Below, piece after piece: positions 9,513 to 18,145 of a DNA stretch of 46,741 nt; position 1 is the first letter of the stretch; each line of letters starts with the position of its first letter. The notes under the pieces were generated by a model that saw only the letters and a list, made by a program, of their open reading frames with translations, made no database searches and had not been told where the DNA came from. Source of the stretch: Chloroflexota bacterium (GTDB taxonomy: Bacteria > Chloroflexota > Limnocylindria > Limnocylindrales > CSP1-4); the NCBI GenBank assembly GCA_025935655.1, contig JAICUV010000001.1:1-46741 (forward strand), given 5' to 3'. The translations under genes and the position numbers were made by a program.

Positions 9513-9647
9513 GGGCACTCCCGGATGGACGTGGTGCCGGTTCCTCCGCCCGACAACCACCCCGACCATCGCCTGAGTGCACCGCTCCGCACCATGGCCC
9601 AGTGGTCACGGGTCCGCATAGCCCCACCGGAACCCGGGCCGTGACGG

Positions 9648-10943
9648 TCAGCCGGGCGTCACCTGCGCCAGCCGGAGCTCGGCCTCCGCCTCCGCGACGC
9701 GGGCGAGGATGCCGGCCCGGAGCGTCTCCAGGCCCGTCCAGACCGCCTTGGTCGCCGTGGACACGGACGTGAGCTGCGTCTTGAGCGCGCGGATCGCCTC
9801 GAGCTGCTCGCGCACGCCCGCCAGCGCCCGACCGATGGCGGCCGCATCCACGTCCACCTCGCGCTCCTGGAGCGTGGCCAGGGCGAGCAGGCGGGCGAGC
9901 CGCACCGCCGCCTCGAGGTACGCGGTGTCGGGCGACTCGGGGTCGATCACGACGTGGACGTCGTCCCCGACGAGGGAGAACGGCGCGACGCCGGTCGGCG
10001 CGTGCGCCGGCGTCCACACGGCCACCGCCACGGCCGCGCCGCGGTTCTCGCGTGCCTCGCGGAGCTCCTCGCGCATCGCGCGCTGCGACATGACCCGGTC
10101 CTTCGCCTCGAGGACCACCTTGACGTCCGCCCCGCGCGTCAGCGCGGCGTTGAGCGTGAGCACGAAGTCGCCTTTCTTGGACCCCAGCAGGGCGCCCGTC
10201 TCGGTCCCGGTGCGGTCCACCAGGTCCCCGCTCCCCCGGGCGAGGTCCCCGAGCATGCCGTGGAGCAGGACCTCGAAGTCGCCGCCCTTGGCGGCCGACC
10301 TCGCCCGCTCGTCCGCCCTGGCGCGCGAGGCCGCCTCGATCGCCGCGAGCCGCTCGTGGACGCCCTTGAACCCCTCCGCGATCTCCTGCCGGAACTGGTG
10401 GAGCGGCGACCCCAGGCGCGTCGGGTCCAGCAGCTGGGCGACCTTGCTCCGGTCCCCGTCGAAGTACGTGCCCAGCAGCCCGCCGATGCGTCCGATCGCG
10501 GAGTCCCGCCGGGTCTCGTCGAACAGCTCGTTGACGAACTGCTGGAGCGCGCCGCGATCCCCGAGGAACTTCTCCAGCGTGCGCGGCAGCCGGCCGTCGC
10601 CGTCCGCGAAGTTCGCCCGCAGGACGTCCTCCACCGCGCGGGCCGCGGACTCGTTCACGGCCGTCGTCTGCGCGACGAGCTTCTCGAACTCGCGCCGCAC
10701 GACGTCCACGTCCATCGCCGTCGAGGCGTCCTGGAGGGCCAGCAGGCCGATCCGCAGGGCGCGCTCCACGACCGCGGGGCGGTCCGCGGGCTCGCGGTCC
10801 GCGAGCGACGCGGCGAGGGCGGCGTCCACGAGGACCAGCCGCTCGATCACGATGCGCTCGCCGTCGACGCGGACGGGGCCCGCGGTGCCGATGGCCGTGG
10901 GGGTGGGGACCGGCGTGGGGAGGGGGAGGATTCGGGCTTCCAT
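9648..10943 (-). CDS. hypothetical protein: helical/coiled-coil flanks around a PD-(D/E)xK-like (RmuC/DUF2130-like) core
   Basis: Long ORF with coding-type GC3. Candidate nuclease motif KKGDFVLTL...x19...VVLEAKDR (D at 10167-10169, E-A-K at 10101-10109), followed by RENRGAAVAVAVW. Start is ambiguous: ATG 10943 (preceded by CAGCAT-N7), ATG 10952, or GTG 10973 abutting the flavodoxin stop. Confidence 0.7.
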   Translation of the reverse strand: MEARILPLPTPVPTPTAIGTAGPVRVDGERIVIERLVLVDAALAASLADREPADRPAVVERALRIGLLALQDASTAMDVDVVRREFEKLVAQTTAVNESAARAVEDVLRANFADGDGRLPRTLEKFLGDRGALQQFVNELFDETRRDSAIGRIGGLLGTYFDGDRSKVAQLLDPTRLGSPLHQFRQEIAEGFKGVHERLAAIEAASRARADERARSAAKGGDFEVLLHGMLGDLARGSGDLVDRTGTETGALLGSKKGDFVLTLNAALTRGADVKVVLEAKDRVMSQRAMREELREARENRGAAVAVAVWTPAHAPTGVAPFSLVGDDVHVVIDPESPDTAYLEAAVRLARLLALATLQEREVDVDAAAIGRALAGVREQLEAIRALKTQLTSVSTATKAVWTGLETLRAGILARVAEAEAELRLAQVTPG

Positions 10944-10973
10944 GGCGCGCATGCTGCGCGCGCACCGTGTCAC

Positions 10974-11471
10974 CTAGGCTGTCACGACCTCGCGGGCGCC
11001 GGCCACCAGGTCCCGGGCGATCTCCCGGGCCCATCCGCGCACGCGGACCATGTCCACGGGCTCGGCGAGGTCGCTGTCCACGCCTGCGACGCCGCCGCAG
11101 CCGAACGCCTCCGCGCCGCGGGCGCCGATCGCGCGAGCGACCTCGATGACGGTGCTCGCGCTGTCCGTGGGCGGCAGGCCGGCACCCCGGTACCGCCCGA
11201 TGGGGCCGGAGCAGTACAGCCACACGGGCATGCCCGCCAACTCGGCCGCGTGGCGGGTGAGGAACCCACCCCCGTCCGCGTGGCGGCTGCGGACGAACAC
11301 GCCGCTCCCGAGCACGAGCGCGCGGTACGGCGCGAGGGACTCGACCTCGGCCGCCAGTCGCGTCTCGACCCCGATCCCGGCCGCGCAGAGCACCTTCGCG
11401 ATCTCCTCCGCGATGCGCGCGGTGGAGCCGGTCTCGCTGGCGAAGGCGACGAGCACGGCTGGGGCCCGCAT
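10974..11471 (-). CDS. flavodoxin-domain protein (HemG-like short flavodoxin)
   Basis: ORF 10974..12131(-) trimmed to the ATG at 11471 with GGGAG upstream. N-terminus VLVAFASETGSTARIAEEIAKVL is a flavodoxin FMN-binding loop pattern. About 165 aa. Confidence 0.75.
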   Translation of the reverse strand: MRAPAVLVAFASETGSTARIAEEIAKVLCAAGIGVETRLAAEVESLAPYRALVLGSGVFVRSRHADGGGFLTRHAAELAGMPVWLYCSGPIGRYRGAGLPPTDSASTVIEVARAIGARGAEAFGCGGVAGVDSDLAEPVDMVRVRGWAREIARDLVAGAREVVTA

Positions 11472-11647
11472 TCCGATCTCCCGTACGTTGACGGGATGGT
11501 CCGTCGGACGGGCGGCGCACAGCAGAGCCGTCGGGCCCCGATCGGCGTGCCGGGTACCGGGTCGAACCCGGGCGGCTCGGCCCGGGCCGACCGGCCGTGC
11601 CGGCGTGGGCCCGTTCGGCACCCGTCGCCCCTCCGGGCGCTGTGCGG

Positions 11648-13063
11648 TCAGAGCATCCGGCCCGGGTTGAACAGGTCGCGCGGGTCGAGCGCGCGCTTGA
11701 TCGAGCGCATCACCTCGACGGCCTCCGGACCTCGCTGGCGGACCAGCCAGTCGCGGCGCGCCACGCCGATCCCGTGCTCGCCGGTCACGGTCCCTCCGAG
11801 CCGGAGCGCCGCCTCGTAGAGCTCGCCCCGGGCGGCATCGAGTCGGACGACCGCGGGATCCCCCTCGTCGCGGTCGAGGACGAAGGTCGGGTGCAGGTTG
11901 CCGTCGCCCGCGTGGCCGAAGGTCCCCACCGCGATCCGGTTGCGCACCGCGATCGCCTCGATCTCGGCGAGCATCTCCGGGATCCGGCTCCGCGGCACGC
12001 CGACGTCCTCCATGCGAGCGACGCCGAGGTGCTCGAGGGCGCGATAGGCCAGCCGGCGACCCTGGCGCAGCCAGTCGGCCTCCTGGGGATCCTGCGCCCG
12101 GATGACCGAGGTCGCGCCGGATTCTTCGCACACGGGCACGGCCGCGTCCATCTCGGCGACCGCCGCGGTCCCGGGCAGGTCCGATTCCACGAGCAGCATC
12201 GCCGCGGCCTCACGGTCGAGGCCCAGCCGGTGGACCTCGTCCACGGCCCGGATCGTGTAGCGGTCCATCAGCTCCAGCGTCACCGGGCCGAGCCCGGCGG
12301 CCGTGAGGCCGGCGACCGCCCGACCCGCCGCGTCGAGCGACGGGAAGAAGGCGATCAGCGTCGAGCGCGGCGGGGGCGCCGGCCGGAGCCGGAGGGTCGC
12401 CTCGGTCACGATCCCCAGCGTTCCCTGTGAGCCGACGAGCAGCGGGATGAGCCCGTATCCCGCGACGTCCTTGACGTTCTTGCCGCCGAGCCGCAGCAGC
12501 GTCCCGTCCGCCATCACGACCTCGAGCCCGAGGACCGCATCGCGCGTCACGCCGTACTTCACGCAGCACAGGCCGCCGGCGTTGGTGCCCAGGTTGCCGC
12601 CGATCGTGCACTGCTCGTAGCTGGCGGGGTCCGGCGCGTAGAACAGCCCGCGCTCCCCCACCGCCGCCTTGAGCCGCGCGTTGATGATCCCGGGCTGCGT
12701 GGTCACGGTCAGGTTCTCGCCGTCGATCTCGAGGATCCGGTCCATGCGCGTGAACGCGATCGTGAGCGCTCCCTCGATGCCGGCGGCCGCCCCGGACAAC
12801 CCGGTGCCCGCGCCGCGCGGGACGATCGGGACGTCGAACTCGCCGCACAGCCGGACGAGCGCCACGACCTGCGCCGTCTCCACGGGCAGCGCCACGGCGA
12901 GCGGCAGGCCGGCCGGAAGGTACGCGGTCTCGTCGCGCCGGTAAGCCTCCCGGTCGCCCTCGTCCACGAGGAGGCGCAGCCCCGGCAGCCGCGATTCGAT
13001 GGCACGCAGCAGCCCGGGGCCGTCGCCACGGACCGGGGCACCGCTCATCGTCGCCTCCGCCAT
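11648..13063 (-). CDS. FAD-linked oxidase (GlcD-like glycolate / D-lactate oxidase subunit)
   Basis: 471 aa. FAD-binding PCMH domain pattern (VALPVETAQVVALVRLCGEFDVPIVPRGAGTGLSGAA) and C-terminal FAD-oxidase domain (GTVTGEHGIGVARRDWL). Confidence 0.85.
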   Translation of the reverse strand: MAEATMSGAPVRGDGPGLLRAIESRLPGLRLLVDEGDREAYRRDETAYLPAGLPLAVALPVETAQVVALVRLCGEFDVPIVPRGAGTGLSGAAAGIEGALTIAFTRMDRILEIDGENLTVTTQPGIINARLKAAVGERGLFYAPDPASYEQCTIGGNLGTNAGGLCCVKYGVTRDAVLGLEVVMADGTLLRLGGKNVKDVAGYGLIPLLVGSQGTLGIVTEATLRLRPAPPPRSTLIAFFPSLDAAGRAVAGLTAAGLGPVTLELMDRYTIRAVDEVHRLGLDREAAAMLLVESDLPGTAAVAEMDAAVPVCEESGATSVIRAQDPQEADWLRQGRRLAYRALEHLGVARMEDVGVPRSRIPEMLAEIEAIAVRNRIAVGTFGHAGDGNLHPTFVLDRDEGDPAVVRLDAARGELYEAALRLGGTVTGEHGIGVARRDWLVRQRGPEAVEVMRSIKRALDPRDLFNPGRML

Positions 13064-13070
13064 GGCGGGC

Positions 13071-13078
13071 AGTATGCC
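13071..13078 (-). promoter_or_regulatory. putative -10 element (GGCATACT) 7 nt upstream of the glcD-like ATG; leaderless-type promoter
   Basis: Coding strand reads GGCATACT-gcccgcc-ATG. No Shine-Dalgarno. Confidence 0.4.
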
Positions 13079-13130
13079 GCCCGGGCCGGAGTAGGATCAC
13101 CCCCTGTCCGGGGTCCGCCACGGCGCCGCC

Positions 13131-14507
13131 GTGGCTGTCGCACTGCTCCTCGTCCTCGTCGCGGGCACCGTCGCGTCCGCATCGACCGAGGCGATGACGC
13201 TGCGCGTCGAGCTGCCCATGGCGGCGACCCTGCCGCCGCCCGAGCCCGGCGTCGCGCCCGCCGCGAGCGCGATCGTGCCGGGCAGCGTGCACCGCACGAG
13301 CATGAAGGTGAGCGCGACCTACGACGTCCGCGTCCGACTGGGCATCGCCGCCCGCACGGTCAGCGGCCGTGCCCAGCTCACGGTGGAGAACCGCTCCGGC
13401 GGCGGCATCGACCGGCTGGAGCTCAACACGGTGATGGCGCGCCTCGGCGGGCTGCACCTCGGCCAGACGACCGTCGACGGCGTCGCGGTCCGGCCCGTGA
13501 TCGACGACCAGACGATCGTGGTGCCCCTCGGCGGCGTGCTCCCCGACGGCGCCTCGGCCGTCGTCGTCGTCCGGTTCCGCGCGACGCTGCGGACCTCGAT
13601 CACGGGATCGAGCTGGCTGTTCACCCGGGCGAACGGGATCTCGAACCTGTACCGCTGGATCCCCTGGGTCTCGCGGCGGACGCCGTTCGACCGCCCCAAC
13701 CACGGCGACCCGTTCGTGACGCCGGTCAGCCCCAAGGTCACGGTGACCTACGTGACCGACGTGCCGGTCGTGATCGCGAGCACCGGCCAGCGCACGGCGA
13801 TCTCGGCCGACCGGCTGACCCAGGAGTTCACCGCCACCGACGTGCGCGACATCACGACCGCGATCAGCACCTACCGGACGACAAGTGCCACCGTCGGCGA
13901 CACGGTCGTGCGCGTCTTCTACCGCCCGGGCGCCCCGGCGTCGGCGCTGCTGACCGCGGCGAAGAGCGCGCTGTCGAAGCTCGAGGCGAGGCTCGGGGCG
14001 TACCCGTACCCGACCCTCAAGATCATCCAGTCCGCCGGCGGTTACGGGATGGAGGGGCCGGGCGTCGCCTGGATCCCGACCGGCGTCGGGTCCTCGAACC
14101 TGACCTACCTCGTCACCCACGAGGTCGCCCACCAGTGGTTCTACGGGATCGTGGGCAACGACCAGGCCCGGGAGCCGTTCGCGGACGAGGCGATGACGGA
14201 CTTCGTCGCCCGCTACGTGCTCGGGATGCGGCGCGCGTCGCGCTGCGCCACGGCGGCCCTCGACCGCTCGATCTACCGCTACGGCTCGACGTGCTACTAC
14301 GAGCAGGTGTACATCCAGGGCGGCAACCTCATCGACGACGCGCGGAAGAAGATGGGGTCGGCAACCTTCTGGGGCGCCGTCCGCGGCTACCTCGCCGACC
14401 ACCGATGGGGGCTGTCGCACACGAAGACGCTGCTGGCCGCGCTCGACGACGCGACGTCGCTCAACCTCCGCTCGTGGTGGGGATCGCGGTTCCCCACGCT
14501 GTACTGA
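13131..14507 (+). CDS. secreted M1-like (gluzincin) metallopeptidase
   Basis: Signal-like N-terminus (AVALLLVLVAGTVASAS). Zinc motif HEVAHQWFYG with the third ligand Glu 18 residues later (HExxH-x18-E). GxMEN-like GYGMEGPG upstream. Confidence 0.75.
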   Translation: MAVALLLVLVAGTVASASTEAMTLRVELPMAATLPPPEPGVAPAASAIVPGSVHRTSMKVSATYDVRVRLGIAARTVSGRAQLTVENRSGGGIDRLELNTVMARLGGLHLGQTTVDGVAVRPVIDDQTIVVPLGGVLPDGASAVVVVRFRATLRTSITGSSWLFTRANGISNLYRWIPWVSRRTPFDRPNHGDPFVTPVSPKVTVTYVTDVPVVIASTGQRTAISADRLTQEFTATDVRDITTAISTYRTTSATVGDTVVRVFYRPGAPASALLTAAKSALSKLEARLGAYPYPTLKIIQSAGGYGMEGPGVAWIPTGVGSSNLTYLVTHEVAHQWFYGIVGNDQAREPFADEAMTDFVARYVLGMRRASRCATAALDRSIYRYGSTCYYEQVYIQGGNLIDDARKKMGSATFWGAVRGYLADHRWGLSHTKTLLAALDDATSLNLRSWWGSRFPTLY

Positions 14508-14522
14508 GGACGCCGCGACGCG

Positions 14523-15134
14523 ATGGGTGGCACCGACGGCGCGACGCCGATCATCCGGGTGCGGCTTGCGACGCCCGAGGACGGGGCTGCGTGCGCGGCG
14601 GTCTACGCGCCGTACGTCACCGAGACGGCGATCTCGTTCGAGCTCGTGCCCCCGACCGCCGGGGAGATGGCCGGCCGGATCGCGAAGGTCACGGCGCACT
14701 GGCCATGGCTCGTCGTCGAGGTGGACGGCGTCGTGCGCGGCTACGCGTATGCGACCCGCCACCGGGAGCGGCCCGCGTACGACTGGACGACCGAGTCAAC
14801 GGTCTACGTCCACCGCGACTTCCACGGCCGCGGGCTCGGGCGGACGGCGATGCGCTCGCTGGTCGCCGTGCTGCGGCTCCAGGGGTTCCACCTCGTGGTC
14901 GCCGGGATCACCGCCCCCAACCCGGGGTCGTTCGCGCTCCACCGCTCGCTCGGGTTCACGCGGATCGGCGAGTTCGAGGCGATCGGCTGGAAGTCGGACG
15001 GGTGGCACGGCGTCGAGTTCTGGGGGCTGGAGCTCTCCCCGCGGGACCTGGTCCCCGACCCGGTGACGCCGATCGGCGAGCTCGCGGGGACGCCCGAGCT
15101 GGCGGACGCGCTCGAGGGCCGCGGGGCGTCCTGA
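14523..15134 (+). CDS. GNAT N-acetyltransferase, phosphinothricin/methionine-sulfoximine acetyltransferase (PAT)-like
   Basis: Pattern typical of PAT/ArsN1-type GNATs: IRVRLATPEDGAACAAVYAPYV...TAISFE...PWLVVEVDGVVRGYAYA...RGLGRTAMRSLV...GF..VVAGIT..N..S..LH..LGF. Confidence 0.8.
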   Translation: MGGTDGATPIIRVRLATPEDGAACAAVYAPYVTETAISFELVPPTAGEMAGRIAKVTAHWPWLVVEVDGVVRGYAYATRHRERPAYDWTTESTVYVHRDFHGRGLGRTAMRSLVAVLRLQGFHLVVAGITAPNPGSFALHRSLGFTRIGEFEAIGWKSDGWHGVEFWGLELSPRDLVPDPVTPIGELAGTPELADALEGRGAS

Positions 15135-15167
15135 CGTGGGTCCCGTCGCGGTGCGCGGCGGCCCCGA

Positions 15168-16010
15168 TCAGGCCGGAACGCAGCCGTCGGGGTCGGCCTC
15201 GTCGGCGAACAGCGGACGGAAGCCGACGGCCCAGCGCGCGCCGCCCTGCTCGACGACCCTGTCGGCCGGCAGGGCACGCGCGAACTCCGCTGCCGCGGCG
15301 GCGTGATCGCCCTCGAGGACGGCGCAGCGCTCGAACCCGGCCACGGACACGGGCCCGCCGGCGGCGGCGAGGTCCAACGCACCCGTCCAGGGCACCGCGG
15401 GGAGCAGCCCGTCCCCGGCGTTCGCGATGTAGAGCGCGAGGCGCGGCGCGTCCACGGGCTCCCCGCCGGCGGCGAGCACGGCAAGCTCGGCGAGGAGGTC
15501 TGCCGCAGCCAGTCGGGCGGGAACGTCACCCGCGGGGACCGGAACACCGGGCCCGGCGACGTCGCCCGAGACGCCGAGACCGTAGACCTGGAGGGTCGTC
15601 GCACGCCCGCCGCCGTCGACCGTGATGAACGACGAGTCGGCGTCGAACAGGCCCGGGATGTCGAGCTTGCCGTCGCGCGCGACGCCCGACGCCCGGATGG
15701 TGGCCCACGCCGACGCGAGCGCCGCCGGATCGAGGTGGGTCTCGCGGATCGCGGGCATCCTCGAGACACCGGGGGTCACGCCCAGGAGCGTGCCGTCGGC
15801 CGTCAGCGAGAACCGACGCGGCGTCGACGCGTCCTGCCAGCCCGCGAGGCCGCCGTACTCCTCCACGCGGAGGAGGACGTGGTCGCCGGGGAGATCCGCC
15901 GGCAGGGCCAGGGGCGTGGGCGACGCGGACGGCCCACAGCCGGCGAGCGCGATCGCCGCGATGGCGCCGACCGCGAGGGCGACGACGACGCGAGGCACCG
16001 GCGTGCTCAC
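15168..16010 (-). CDS. lipoprotein of unknown function
   Basis: GTG at 16010 overlaps the upstream gene stop (GTGA). Lipobox AIALAGC after a hydrophobic h-region. High GC3. No recognisable catalytic motif. Confidence 0.6.
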   Translation of the reverse strand: MSTPVPRVVVALAVGAIAAIALAGCGPSASPTPLALPADLPGDHVLLRVEEYGGLAGWQDASTPRRFSLTADGTLLGVTPGVSRMPAIRETHLDPAALASAWATIRASGVARDGKLDIPGLFDADSSFITVDGGGRATTLQVYGLGVSGDVAGPGVPVPAGDVPARLAAADLLAELAVLAAGGEPVDAPRLALYIANAGDGLLPAVPWTGALDLAAAGGPVSVAGFERCAVLEGDHAAAAAEFARALPADRVVEQGGARWAVGFRPLFADEADPDGCVPA

Positions 16011-16954
16011 GCGCCGCCCGCCATGCGCGCGTCGGCGGCGAGCGCCTGGGGGAACCAGCGGAAGGACGGCGGCAGCCTCGGGATCCAGAACCGCCACGCC
16101 GTCACCAGCCAGGCGTCGATGGCCCGCTCCCTCGGACCCCAGGCGAGCCCGTACTCGGCGCGCGTGGCGGCGGGCAGCAGCCCGATCGCAGGAACCATGA
16201 GCGCGTCGACCGCGGCCTGCGGGACGAGGCCCAGGGCCCGCCTGGCGAGCGGCGCCGCACCGCCGAGCAGCGCCGCCACCTCGGACCGGACGACGCCGGC
16301 GAGCGGCGGACGCAGGATCGTGGCCGCGATCTCGCGGGCCGCGTCGGTCGGGTGGACCGGCCCCCGGGGCGAGAGCATCGCGTCGACGTAGGCGTCGAAG
16401 GCCTCGATGTCCCGGGGCAGGACGTGGTCCGCGACGCCGAACAGCCGCCCGACGGGGCGCGTCTCGGCGTAGAAGCGGGCCCGGACGTCGGGGGCGAGGG
16501 GCGCCTGCCATCGGTCGGTGACGAGGAGGATGGCGTGGATCAGCGTGGCGTGGACCCACAGGGCGAGCTCCGGGTCGCGGGCGCGGTACGTGGCGCCCAG
16601 CCGGGCCGCGGCCGCGGCGTCGCGGACGGGGCCGGTCACGCCGCCGTGGAGGCCGTTCAGCCGGGCGATCTCGGCGCGAGCGGCCGGCGTCGTCCCGTAC
16701 ACGATCTGCAGGTACGAGCGCAGCGTGCCCGCGAGCCGCCCCCAAGGATCGGTGCGGAACGAGGAATGCTGGATCACGCCCTCCGCGACGAGCGGGTGCG
16801 CGACCTGGAGCAGCAGCGCGAACGGGCCGGCGCCCAGGAGCAGGGCCGCCTCGCGATTGAGGCGCCAGCCCTCGGAGCCGGGGCCGTACAGGCCCGCGAG
16901 GTCGCCGGCCGCGGTCGTCAGCGGTCGCTTGGCCGCCGGCCGACGAGCCACCAC
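16007..16954 (-). CDS. MpaB-family (DUF2236) oxygenase-like protein
   Basis: Family-typical N-terminal stretch LYGPGSEGWRLNREAALLLGAGPFALLLQVAHPLVAEGVIQHSSF..DPWGRL..T. Start is uncertain (GTG 16954 or 16951); either overlaps the bioY 3' end by about 35 nt. Confidence 0.7.
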   Translation of the reverse strand: MVARRPAAKRPLTTAAGDLAGLYGPGSEGWRLNREAALLLGAGPFALLLQVAHPLVAEGVIQHSSFRTDPWGRLAGTLRSYLQIVYGTTPAARAEIARLNGLHGGVTGPVRDAAAAARLGATYRARDPELALWVHATLIHAILLVTDRWQAPLAPDVRARFYAETRPVGRLFGVADHVLPRDIEAFDAYVDAMLSPRGPVHPTDAAREIAATILRPPLAGVVRSEVAALLGGAAPLARRALGLVPQAAVDALMVPAIGLLPAATRAEYGLAWGPRERAIDAWLVTAWRFWIPRLPPSFRWFPQALAADARMAGGA

Positions 16955-17562
16955 GCGGCCGGGAAGACGGCGGCGGCGGCGAGGAGCTTGACGATGTCGA
17001 CGGCGAGGAACGGCAGCAGGCCGGTCTGGATCGCCGTGGCCAGGGACATGCCCGTGGTCACGGCGAGCCACGGCACGCCGATGGCGTAGATGACCGCGGT
17101 GCCGAGGGACGTCGCGCCGATCGCGCCGCCGATGCGGCGGTCCCAGCCGAGCTCGGCGAGGCGGCCCACGACGGCGGCGGCGACGACGAACCCGACGAGG
17201 TACCCGCCACTCGCGGCCCAGATCACCTGGATCCCGCCCTTGCCCTCCGCGAAGAACGGCAGCCCCACGATGCCCAGCAGGAGGTACAGGAGCGCGGCCA
17301 TGCCGCCCCGGCGCAGCCCGAGGGCGCCGCCGACGACGAGCACGCCGAAGTTCTGGAGGGTGTACGGGATCGGGTTGCCGGGGATCGCGAACGAGACCTT
17401 CGCGGTCAGGAAGATGAACACCGCGCCCGCGACGACGAGCAGCACGCTGCGCAGGCGTGGGCTCGTCCGCTCGCCTACCCGGATCGGGATCAGGAAGTCA
17501 CCGATGGTGAGGCCCTTCTCGGTCGCCGGGACTCGGGTGAGTGACGGGATCGCGTAGGACAT
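16918..17562 (-). CDS. bioY: biotin transporter BioY (ECF-type S component)
   Basis: 214 aa, 6 TM. BioY-like stretches FAIPGNPIPYTLQNFGVLVVGGALG, GLPFFAEGKGG, SGGYLVGFVVAA. GGGAG lies upstream of the ATG. Confidence 0.85.
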   Translation of the reverse strand: MSYAIPSLTRVPATEKGLTIGDFLIPIRVGERTSPRLRSVLLVVAGAVFIFLTAKVSFAIPGNPIPYTLQNFGVLVVGGALGLRRGGMAALLYLLLGIVGLPFFAEGKGGIQVIWAASGGYLVGFVVAAAVVGRLAELGWDRRIGGAIGATSLGTAVIYAIGVPWLAVTTGMSLATAIQTGLLPFLAVDIVKLLAAAAVFPAAWWLVGRRPSDR

Positions 17563-17651
17563 CGGTCTCCCTCTGGCACCGGCACCACGGCCGGCGTCCC
17601 CGGCAGTCTACCAACCAGGCGACGGTGCGGGCCAGCGCCGGAGGGTGGCGG

Positions 17652-17657
17652 TATCGT
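17652..17657 (+). promoter_or_regulatory. putative -10 hexamer TATCGT, 6 nt upstream of the GNAT ATG (leaderless-type)
   Basis: ggcgGTATCGTggcgcgATG. Fits TANNNT. No Shine-Dalgarno. Confidence 0.35.
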
Positions 17658-17663
17658 GGCGCG

Positions 17664-18062
17664 ATGGCCCCCACCGTCGCCTGGCGCGGCCCCATCGACA
17701 ACGACCAGCTGAGCCGCCTGCATGCCGAGGGCTTCGGCACGCGGGTCTTCGACTGGGACTGGGCGACCCAGCTCGAGCGCCACAGCCTGGGCTGGGTCAC
17801 GGCGCACGAGGGCGAGCGGCTGGTGGGGTTCGTGAACGTGGCCTGGGACGGCGGCGTCCACGCGTTCCTGCTGGACACGCTCGTCGCCGCGGACCGGCGG
17901 CGGGGAGGCCTCGGCCGGCGGCTGGTGGAACGGGCAGCCGAGGGTGCCCGCGCCGCCGCGTGCGAGTGGCTCCACGTGGACTGGGACGACGACCACCTGA
18001 CCGCGTTCTACCTCGACGCGTGCGGGTTCGTGCCCACCAAGGCGGGGCTGATCCCGCTGTAG
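17664..18062 (+). CDS. small GNAT-family acetyltransferase
   Basis: ORF 17541..18062(+) trimmed to the ATG at 17664. Acetyl-CoA binding pattern LLDTLVAADRRRGGLGRRLVERAAEGAR, then ...FYLDACGF. Confidence 0.7.
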   Translation: MAPTVAWRGPIDNDQLSRLHAEGFGTRVFDWDWATQLERHSLGWVTAHEGERLVGFVNVAWDGGVHAFLLDTLVAADRRRGGLGRRLVERAAEGARAAACEWLHVDWDDDHLTAFYLDACGFVPTKAGLIPL

Positions 18063-18145
18063 GGTCTGGCGGCGCGCGCGCTTCGTTCCGGCCTTCCTGC
18101 GCGCTCGCCCACGCGGGACCGTGATGCGCGCTACCCGCCCGGCGA

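Noticed and set aside
6127-13063. Ku / S8 protease / PD-(D/E)xK-like protein / flavodoxin / GlcD as one functional defence or repair island
   Set aside because: The genes are co-directional, but several have their own RBS, -10 signals or hairpins. Their functions are heterogeneous (secreted protease, redox enzymes), and no helicase, methylase or ATPase typical of defence systems is present. Co-orientation alone is insufficient.
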